Positions 1 through 9,425 of a stretch of DNA of 37,389 nt are shown piece by piece. Location: assembly GCA_900617105.1 (NCBI GenBank), contig UYFQ01000105.1, positions 1 through 37,389 on the forward strand. Reading direction: 5' to 3'. Position 1 is the stretch's first letter; each line of letters begins with the position of its first letter. A model generated the notes under the pieces. The model saw nothing but the letters and a program-made list of their open reading frames with translations. It was not told the DNA's origin and searched no databases. The DNA comes from Hydrurus foetidus. Taxonomy: Eukaryota. Made by a program: the position numbers and the translations under genes.

Positions 1-174
1 TCGGTTCGGATCGAGGACGATCCGAGCCATCCGATTCATGACTTGCCTATCTCTGTGTTTATCTGTAAGCTAACCACATCTCTTTAGCCAATAGCACCAG
101 CACAACAGCTGCCTTCCTCTTGCCCTCGCGCCCCGTCCCATCAGACCCACCGCAGAGCCCATAGTTAGGCCACA
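1..174 (+). repeat. 5' LTR of E1 (partial)
   Basis: Matches 7196-7369 with 2 substitutions (positions 14 and 152); ends ...GGCCACA. Confidence 0.96.
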
Positions 175-723
175 ATACTAGTATTTGGACCAACTTGGTG
201 CTCTTTTTAGAGACCAGTTCCAAAAAGCGTTCCAAAAACATCGCCACGACCCGTAAAACGGCGTGCAAACAAGCTAGTAACTTGGAAACAAGTGAAAACA
301 ACGTCGAAAGACACTACAAAGGCTACGTCTAATCGACAGCCTCTGAAACGCTTTCGTTAAAAAGCTCGAGTCGTCGAGATTTTCGCGACAAAATCGTGAC
401 GGCTTCAAAACTCGAAGCCTAACGAAGCAAGTAGCTCTGAGTCGAGCAAAAGCAAGTCCCATCGTTATAGAAACGAAAGCTGGCCAAAACGCCCGCAGTT
501 TAGCTCCTTGAAAGGTTCAAAACGCCAGGCAACTTTTCGAGCGATTTCCGACGAAATCGCGCGAAAGTAAACCACCAACAGCTCCATCAGTTAAAGGATC
601 CTACGATCCCACGACATCATAGCTGCGGGACCACATCCTCAGCTCCATAGAGCGCCGCGTCCGAGTTCCGTCGCTGTCCAAGACCCCAAGATCAAGACGT
701 TTCCAACTCAAGACAAAAGTCCC

Positions 724-3226
724 ATGACAAGGGCCCAAATAAAGAAGAAAGCGGCTGCTAACGCAGCCGCCTCTGCTTCTTCAGCTCCAAGCGCTTCGCG
801 CAGTGCTCCTCTCACTGAGAAGGAAAGCACAAAGCGGAGCAGGCCCTTGTAAAGCAAAACATCGAGAAATCGATACAGGCTCTGGCCAAAGAAGCAATAC
901 ATGTTTCGGCTACCCCAACTCGTCTTGAGGACGAACAAATTTCTTCCAAAGCGTCATAGCAGCAACAAAAGAAATGCAAGCAGCTCACAAACTAGAGCAA
1001 GCACAAATAGCTGCTGCACAAGCTGCTGCCGACGCTTTAGAACCCTCAAACGACGAGCTCCTCGGGTTGGCACCCGAGGAAGCCGAGGGCGAGACAGACT
1101 CTCCCCTCGATACCCGCGGGTACTTAAAAAGAGGGGGAGAAATCTCGATACTCCCTCCGCGACTGCAACAGATCGGTGCAGAGGACGATCTGTTCGAACC
1201 ATCAGTCGACGCCAAAGTCAAAACAAAAAAGGCATCCGACACCGGCAAGGCCGAGGCCGACGCCGAGTCAGATCCGGAGGCTGACGCCGACGGTGACGAC
1301 AATGCCAACAACAACGACGACGACAAACCCCCCGACGAGTCCGACGACGACAACGACAGTAACGTCGACGACGTTAACGACACGGGAGGCGATGGTGGCA
1401 ACCCCGACAGCTCCTCCGACGAGTCCGACGCAAGTAGTGGCGACGGGGACGACGGAGAGGGTGACGGGGACGACGACGGGACGACAACAGCGACGACGAT
1501 GAGGCGAAAGCTGAAGTCGAAGTCGAAGACGACGAGGAGGTCGAACCCGAAAAGTCTAAGCCCAAGGACAAGAAACCCCTTAAGATAAAACCCCTCGCCA
1601 AGAAAAAGTCCCCAAAGGCGGGTCCCAAACCCGCCCCAAAGGACAAAAAGGTGAAAACCAAAACCGATGCCAAATCCGGTAAAACACACCGCGCGCAAAA
1701 GGCGGAAAACTCGGAAGAGGATTCCCCTCCACAACGCAAAGCGGGTTTGCAAACCTCCATCATCAACATGAAGGAGGCGTACTACCTCACTCGAGAAAAA
1801 CTTCTCGACGACGCTGATAAAGCAGCAAGAGCGTTTACGAACAAGCATACCGCCCCGGTATGTTAACCAGTTGGGAAATGCTAATCGAAATGGATGCCAT
1901 CCAAACGATCCGCGACCAGTTGCTTCGATGCAAAAGCGAGACAGGTTACAACACCAAGACTTGTCTCGCCTGGCCAACGGTCGAAGGCAAAACGTTAACG
2001 TTAAAGAACATTGCAAATGATCTTAAAAAGATCTTTTACAAAAACAAGCGTACGTCTTCCCATTTCGACTTCGAAATGAAGTTGAAAAATTGCAAATTCC
2101 GCATCAGCTGGAAAGATCCTTCTGTTGAAGACAGAGCTCTCTGAGTTCCGTGACATCCTACTCGGATTCTGGACGTCATACGACAATATCGATGCCGACA
2201 TGCAAAATGATATCTGTAAGGCCTTCTACAAGAAGCTGCCAAAGAACAACAAGTTTACAGACAATTTCATGGCAAAGACAAAACGTAAGACGAAAAAGAC
2301 CGGGAAAGATACCATCTTCAAAATGCTCACGCGTCTTGTCGTCATGCTGGGCGAAGCACGCCAGATGATCAAAGACGCGGAGGACATGGGAGGTCTCGAC
2401 TTCGTCTTCGAGTCAAAGCTCACGCCAACCGACCAAGACGACGTTGAGGTCGCACCTCACCGTGACAGCCACTCGGCTAACGCCTACAAGGCAATCCCAA
2501 AACGTCAGGTGGACCCTGAGTCGTCCGGCCTCAGCCGGGCGACCAACTTCTGTCACACCTGTGGCAAAAAGGGACACAACCGTTACGAATGCCAAAACCA
2601 CATGAACCCTCACTGCAACCGTAGCCATCGCACTTGGTCGCAGTCTGAGGAGGCAAAGGACTTCAAACGGATTGGTCACGAATTCTTCGTACCAAATGTG
2701 TACATCAACGGGGAACTTACCCGGGACACCAACAACCCCGGGGCAGCTACCTACGTGTACCATCTGACGATGTTGAGAACGACTTCTCTCCTCCAGGGAG
2801 AGCCCAAGACGACCGTCCGACCAAGAAACAAAAGCTGGCCACCAACAACAACACCAAGTACAACAAGTACAAGAGCAACCAGACTCAACCGGATAGGGAC
2901 AACGATCGTTCTAACACGAACAAGTTGAGCTCCAACTACAAGGGAAAAAGTAAGTCACAACTTGCTAACCCAAGTACGGACATAATCGAGTACGCTCGAG
3001 AATTACCGTCAATGAAACAACTTCTATCAGCTGTATTAACTGAAAACATAGATGATTTCTTACAAGTTCACATATCTCTACCACAGATCCGATCGCCAAT
3101 TTCAAACCAAGTCGCGACCGACCTGACGATCGCAGGGACAACTCGCACCAGGCGGAGAGCAAGGAGGGGGACAGACATAAGTCTTCCTCTTCTTCCTCCT
3201 CCTCCAACCAATACGTGCCAAACTAG
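724..3226 (+). CDS. gag: E1 Gag: acidic/Lys-rich N-terminus, CCHC knuckle CHTCGKKGHNRYEC; predicted spliced form joins 724-2949 to 3087-3226
   Basis: ATG 724. ORF pieces 974-1588, 1651-1866, 1860-2144 and 2125-2928 join via small indels in simple runs and align with E2 Gag. Zinc knuckle at ~2551-2592. Confidence 0.8.
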
Positions 3227-6200
3227 AGGCATGGAAGCCTTGGCCCAAATCGACACTGGATGTCAAGTCGGGGACGTCATCAACGGCAGAGTCCTTCGGG
3301 GCCTCCGTGGCGAAAACCACTTGAGGAATTCCGACTCACCCATGTGGATGTGTAGTGGCTTAAATAATCAATGTGTAGAATCTACAAATGTGCTTGATAT
3401 TGTTGTATCATTTAATAAAGACGATTTAAAACACACTTTTAGTCTTCCTGTCCGAATAGCTCCGGAGTCAAAAGTCGACCTAATCTTAGGATTACAGACT
3501 ATAAAAAATTTAAATTTAGTAAAAATAATACCAGAGTTCTTCCAGAACCTCGATAAAATAACGCCTAGTGCGATACCAGCTTCACCGCTGAAGAAACAAA
3601 GGGTGTCGTTCTCGGCTGAGGACGATGCACAAGTACCACACACGGTACTCATAGACACCGAACTACCCCCCGAGGTAATATCAGCCGAATCAGCGTCAGC
3701 AGACACAATCCAAACGGAAATTCCTTTACCGTTACTAACGGAAAAGGACACTGTCCAAAAGGAAAGTAAAATAGCTGACCCAGGGTCCCCACTACCTCCT
3801 GGCATTTTTGTCATGGAGGGCATAAATCCCTCGACTACAGACTTTCCCCGGCAGGATAACCTGGTAGCTCGAGGTGCTTGTACACACAAGACTTGCAACT
3901 CTTCATGCGGGTGTTCTACAAGCTCAGCGACGGCAGTTGCTCAGCTTGCTTCCGATGAGTCCATACTACGCACCACCAATTTGACAACACTAGTGTTGCC
4001 ACTTCCGCGTCAGAATGGATCTGGTGTAAAAACCAAAAGGCGTAAGAGAGTAGCTACTCTTACACCCTCATCCATAACACCAACCGAAACGCGTGGTATT
4101 GCGGCAGCTCTACTTAGGGAGGAAGACGAAGACCTCCCTGAGGTTCGGTCTTTCCGTGATAAGGAAGGGATCGACTACAAGTCGAAGGATACCTTCGCTC
4201 CTTTTCAAGACAATCCAAACAACGATTCGATGTACTTAATTGATTTAATACATATCGATGGTACACCAACTGAGATTGCCGAAATTAAAGCGATTTGCAT
4301 AAAACACAAATCGCTTTTCAAAAACGAGCTGGGTCCAGAACCCGCTCGAATTCCTCCTTTTGATTTCAAAAAGGTAAACATACCTCAATGGAAACACTTC
4401 CGTAATCGGGGTGCTCCCAGAGTCGCTTCAACGATGCGACAAGAGGAAATCAGGAAACAAATCGTAGCAATGCTCAAAAAGGGAATAATAAAACCATCAG
4501 ATGCCTCATATTACTCCCAAGTAATACTTGCAAATAAACCAGACGGTTCACTCCGATTCTGCATAGATTACAGGAACCTCAATGAGGCAACCGAATCTGC
4601 AAGTTGGCCGATCCCAAATATAAAACAAATGTTATACAGACTTGGCGCGCAACGGCCAAACGTATTCGGCGTAATCGACCTTACGGCCGGATACCACCAA
4701 GCCCCAATAACACTGGCGGCACAAGTATTTACCGCATTTATAACATTTATGGGTATATACCAATTCACACGACTACCATTCGGTCCCAAGATGGCCCCAT
4801 CATACTTTCAACAGATGATGGCGTCAATAGTACTACTTGGCCTTATATACAGCATCTGTGAAGTCTATTTAGACGACATCATCATATATGCTGATGGACA
4901 CATCCAATTCTGTGAACGTTTAGAAACATTGTTTCAACGTCTAGAAGATAAAAACATTTCACTCAAAGCTGCAAAGCTAAGACTTAACGTCAAAGTAGTT
5001 GAATATGTTGGTAGACAAATATCTAAGGAAGGTATATCAATGAGCTCCAAAAAGATAACGGGTGTGACTGACTTTCCGATGCCAAGAAAGACAACTGAAC
5101 TACGTTCGTTCCTCGGTCTCACCAATTACTTTAGGGATCATGTACCAAATCACTCAAATGTGGTAGCACCGCTACACAAAATGATAGATCACGCCGCCAA
5201 AAAGCAAACATTGCTTGTCTGGACAGACGAAGCGGCCGACGCGTTTACGTTAGTCAAAGATCTTATCTCCAAGAGTCCCTTATTATATTTCATCGACGAT
5301 GTAGCACCTATTACCCTCATGACAGATGCGTCTGACTACGGTATAGGTGGTTATTTATATCAAGAAGTCGACGGAGTCAAACAACTCGTCGCTCTCGTAA
5401 GCAAATCTCTTACCAAGACCCAGTTGAAATGGTCCGTAATACAAAAGAGGCTTACGCCCTTTACTTTTGCTGTGACTATCTCGACGCCCTGCTACGAGAT
5501 CGTAAGTTTACTATCCTGACCGATCACAAAAATCTTACTTTCCTGCACAAGGATAAAAATGAGATGGTCGGAAGATGGCGCTGTGCGCTACAGGAATTAG
5601 ATTTTACGATAGGGTATATCCCTGGGAAAAATAATGAAGTCGCTGACGCAATGTCACGCCTATGTAAAACAAGATGCCGAAACACATCATAACAGCAATC
5701 CTTACTTGCAAACCGCTTGCAGCGGAAATATATGCATACTTAATGCGTGTCCACAACTCTACCGTTGGGCACGGAGGATTCAATCGCACTTTGCGAAACC
5801 TAAAAAATAGGGAAAGTATGGGAAGGCATGAGACACGATATAAGAGCATACATTAAACAATGCCCGTGTTGCCAAAAGATGTCTGCTGACAAACAAAAAC
5901 CCGTCACCCATCGTTTCACAACATCAACATATGCACCTATGGAATGCATAAACATAGACTTTATTGGTCCATTCCCGGATAAAGGATACATCCTTGTTAT
6001 GGTAGACACCTTCACAAGGTTTGTCGAACTATCAGCCACAACTGATAATACTGCAAAATCAGCCGTAACAGGCCTAATAGAACACATCGGTCGCTACGGA
6101 GCTCCCAAATTCCTGCGATCCGATAACGGTCCCCATTTCGTAAACAAAATCCTCGAGGAATTTGTAAAAGTTGCCGGTACAACACACAACCTTATTCTAC

Positions 6201-7015
6201 CATACTCTTCGCAAGAAAACTCGATAGTAGAGCGTATGAATAAGGAAATTAACCGACACATCACGGCATTTACATTTGACCGTGCAACTACGGAAAACTA
6301 CCGAGAAATTTTACCATTCGTACAACGAATTATAAATACGACATTCAACGTACGGACACAGTCAACAGCAGCAAAGCTTATATACGGCAATGCTATTGAC
6401 CTTGATGCCAACATCCTTCTCCCTCGAGATGAGATAAACTTAGACATGGCTCATGTCACCCATTCTACTGAGAAAATTATGCAGATGCAAGATGAACTCA
6501 TCAGAATCACTGCTGAACTACTCAAAGAAGCGGACGAGAAACGAAAAGCAGGCGGTTCCACCGACTACACAACGTTCGAAATCGACTCGTTGGTACTGGT
6601 TACCCACCGCACATCAAAACCAACACGCATGCACACTTTATGGAAAGGTCCCATGCAAGTGGTCGCTAACGATCTCGACGAGTATACACTACTCGATCTT
6701 ATTACCAACCGCGAAAAAAGATACCATGTATCAAATATTAAACAATTTGAGTTTGACCCCACAAAGGTCAACCCAACCGATATCGCCCGACGAGATTATC
6801 TCGAGTTCTTTATCGAAGATATCCTAGCAATGGAAGGAAACATCCGAGTCGTGGGAACATTAAAGTTTCACGTCAAGTGGCTAAATTATCCCCACGACAG
6901 AAACACTTGGGAACCGTGGAAAAACATGCGTGACGCTGAAAAAGTCCACGAGTTCTTAATTGCTAAAAACCTAAAACACTTGATTCCAAGTAAATTCGCT
7001 GAAAATTATCGTTAA
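2925..7015 (+). CDS. pol: E1 Pol (protease, RT, RNase H, integrase, chromodomain), in frame with corrected Gag; 3 apparent frameshifts at ~5443, ~5667, ~5803
   Basis: IDTG, RFCIDYRNLN, LPFG, YLDD, TDASDYGIGG, TDHKNL, H..GH...CPCCQ, IDFIGP, SDNG, VERMN, VKWLNY..NTWEP motifs. Confidence 0.95.
2950..3086 (+). other. Predicted 137-nt GT-AG intron at the E1 gag/pol junction
   Basis: A|GTAAGT donor, CTACCACAG|AT acceptor; removal shifts frame into a 46-codon exon ending TAG 3224-3226; same layout in E2. Confidence 0.75.
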
Positions 7016-7152
7016 CCGATATACAGTATGAAACATGAAGGTTTATAAAAAAAAAAAAAAAACTCAATGTTCAACGTGAAATAGTAGTTATATGTTAGTA
7101 TTTAAGCATAGATAAATTGTTCATGAAAAATTTAGTACACCCTTTTTTTTTC

Positions 7153-7164
7153 GAGAGAGGGAGG
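7153..7164 (+). other. Polypurine tract of E1
   Basis: GAGAGAGGGAGG 4 nt upstream of the TG of the 3' LTR. Confidence 0.85.
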
Positions 7165-7168
7165 CCAT

Positions 7169-7369
7169 TGTGACCCGCACCGTACCGGCGTACGTTCGGT
7201 TCGGATCGGGGACGATCCGAGCCATCCGATTCATGACTTGCCTATCTCTGTGTTTATCTGTAAGCTAACCACATCTCTTTAGCCAATAGCACCAGCACAA
7301 CAGCTGCCTTCCTCTTGCCCTCGCGCCCCGTCCCATCAGACCCACCACAGAGCCCATAGTTAGGCCACA
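7169..7369 (+). repeat. 3' LTR of E1 (201 bp)
   Basis: TGTGACC...GGCCACA termini; repeat of 1-174. Confidence 0.96.
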
Positions 7370-7370
7370 G

Positions 7371-9425
7371 CGTACACTCATAAATATGAATGAGGTATTC
7401 ATGCTCAACGCCGAGAAACTCTTGACAGATGGTCCCGCTACCATCCAAGCATTCCACGATCAAGCCAACCTGCCCAATTTCAAAACACATTGGAAGCAGA
7501 TCATTACCGAAAATGCTCTAGTTCCTATTAGGTTCAGACTAAATGGAGTGAAGGAGGTCCTTGGGTACACCCAACCAGAATGTTCCACTTGGCCAGTCAT
7601 TTGCGGTGTCACCCTATCGATCCGACAAATCGCGAAAGACTTGACAGCCTGCTTCTCACAAGCAACAAGGACGTCCGACACGACCTATGATTGCAACGAG
7701 AAGATCAGAGCATACAAGTTTGCGTACGACTTCGCTGATGCATACGTCGAAGAGGCATCGATCACTCGGTTTGAGGAGATCATCAGTCTGTACTACCCAG
7801 ACCGAACCGACCTCACACCTGAGCGCGAGAACGAAATCTGCAAAGCATTTTACAAAAAGCTTCCAGCAGAAAACGCACTCGGGATGAAATTCTTGGAGGC
7901 CACAAAGACGTCCATAAAAAAGACCAAAAGAGACACCATCCAAGACATGTACATGCGACTCAGCGACCACCTCAACATCGCACGTCAATGCGTCAACGAC
8001 GCAGCGGAGCTGGGGAACAGCAGATACCGCTGGACCACTCCAGACAGCCCAACTACCGAGGAAGCAAAAAGACAACGAAGCTCGTTGTCTAATGCATCAT
8101 ACTCCTCCAACCCGCACGCAGTGGGATTCCATCCAGAGGAGGACACACGCGCGCCACCATACAAGGCGATCGCAAAGCGTCAGCCAGAGGTACCACGTTA
8201 CCCCGGCCTTGACCGCAACACCAAGCTGTGCCACACCTGTGGACGCAGCGGACACAACCGTTACAATTGCCGCTTCCACATGAACGAGCATTGCAACAAC
8301 TCGCACAAAATGTGGTCCGAATCCCTCATGGGGATCGAATGGAAACGGCTCGGTCACAAATATTTTGTAATCGATGCACATCATCCATCGGGAGGAGTAT
8401 CTCGTGAGAGAAAACAAATCCACGTCTCGACAAACTTCGAATTCCTCACGGAGGAAGAGGACATTGACATGGGTAACACCCAACAAAAGTCAAACCCTCG
8501 GCAAGGCACCAGTGCACCACCATACAGCAAGGTTAAAAAGCCAGCGTACGACGACAGACGAAGAAGTGAGTTTTCAACACCACCTGTCAGTGTCGTAATT
8601 TTACCGCGTATCGACTTACCTCGAACACGCACCTTACTTTCAGCAATACTTCCTGAAAAAGTAAATGATTACTTACAGGTCAATATTTCTCTCCGACAGA
8701 TCAGTATGGCCCAAGACAAGACGACCGCCCTCGCAAAGACGACCGCGCACAAGCAGACACCGACAACCGCGACCGCGACCGCCAACGCAACGAGCGAGAG
8801 GCCTTCGCGCGCGACAAGGCGAAATACAAGGAAGGATCCGCCAACAGCTCCAACAAGCCCTACTCCTCAAAGTAGAGGCAAGGATGCACTGGCCCAGATC
8901 GATACGGGGTGCGAAGTCGGTGACGTCATTAACCGTAGAGTCCTTGAGGGCCAACGGGGCGAACACCGCTTACGTGACTCCGATTCACCCATGTGGATTT
9001 GTTCTGGTTTAGATAATAAGTGTATTGAATCCAAATCTGTGCTTGATATTGTTGTATCATTTAAGAAAGATTCTTTAAAATACACCTTTTCTCTTCCGGT
9101 CCGCATCGCAGAGGACTCCGAAATAGACTTAATTATAGTTATAAATACCATAAAAAATCTAAATTTAGTTAAAATTATGCCCGAACTTTTCGGTCATAAA
9201 AATCATACTGATCCGTGGACCCGTATAGAAAATTCGATGGTACTAACCACGAATAATCTGCCGGACACAATTCCATCCACCGCGGTCCAAGAATCTCCAG
9301 TCAATAATGACTTGGACGAGGCAAAACCCTCCAACACAGACAACCTGAGGCAAGGTGACATGGTGTCTGGAGGTGCTTGTACACACAAGAATTGCACATC
9401 GCCATATGGGTGTTCGCAGATTTGA
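7371..9425 (+). CDS. gag: E2 Gag-protease in one continuous frame (5'-truncated)
   Basis: 679-aa ORF with CHTCGRSGHNRYNC knuckle and IDTG at 8901; collinear with E1. Confidence 0.9.
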   Translation, partial: RTLINMNEVFMLNAEKLLTDGPATIQAFHDQANLPNFKTHWKQIITENALVPIRFRLNGVKEVLGYTQPECSTWPVICGVTLSIRQIAKDLTACFSQATRTSDTTYDCNEKIRAYKFAYDFADAYVEEASITRFEEIISLYYPDRTDLTPERENEICKAFYKKLPAENALGMKFLEATKTSIKKTKRDTIQDMYMRLSDHLNIARQCVNDAAELGNSRYRWTTPDSPTTEEAKRQRSSLSNASYSSNPHAVGFHPEEDTRAPPYKAIAKRQPEVPRYPGLDRNTKLCHTCGRSGHNRYNCRFHMNEHCNNSHKMWSESLMGIEWKRLGHKYFVIDAHHPSGGVSRERKQIHVSTNFEFLTEEEDIDMGNTQQKSNPRQGTSAPPYSKVKKPAYDDRRRSEFSTPPVSVVILPRIDLPRTRTLLSAILPEKVNDYLQVNISLRQISMAQDKTTALAKTTAHKQTPTTATATANATSERPSRATRRNTRKDPPTAPTSPTPQSRGKDALAQIDTGCEVGDVINRRVLEGQRGEHRLRDSDSPMWICSGLDNKCIESKSVLDIVVSFKKDSLKYTFSLPVRIAEDSEIDLIIVINTIKNLNLVKIMPELFGHKNHTDPWTRIENSMVLTTNNLPDTIPSTAVQESPVNNDLDEAKPSNTDNLRQGDMVSGGACTHKNCTSPYGCSQI
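8566..8699 (+). other. Predicted 134-nt GT-AG intron at the E2 gag/pol junction
   Basis: A|GTGAGT donor, TTTCTCTCCGACAG|AT acceptor; spliced frame runs 58 codons to TAG 8873-8875. Confidence 0.78.

Larger units (their letters stand above)
1..7369 (+). mobile_element. Ty3/Gypsy chromovirus-type LTR retrotransposon E1, near full length (first ~27 bp of 5' LTR outside window)
   Basis: Direct repeats 1-174 and 7196-7369. Domain order gag(CCHC)-PR(DTG 3252)-RT(YLDD 4866)-RNaseH(TDAS)-IN(HHCC, DDE, GPY-like WKGP)-chromodomain. PPT precedes the 3' LTR. Confidence 0.97.

Noticed and set aside
985..2016. 343-aa minus-strand ORF
   Set aside because: Antisense shadow of the low-complexity GAC-rich gag region.
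2730..2745. Programmed gag-pol frameshift at CCCCGGGG
   Set aside because: E2 has no shift here; it fits the homopolymer-error pattern.
3389..3415. 27-nt identity between E1 and E2 (9038-9064) as a cis element
   Set aside because: Similar identical runs occur elsewhere in pol; cannot be separated from protein constraint by eye.
7047..7062. Poly(A) run suggesting a retroposed tail
   Set aside because: Lies inside the AT-rich E1 3' UTR with no TSD or associated insert seen.
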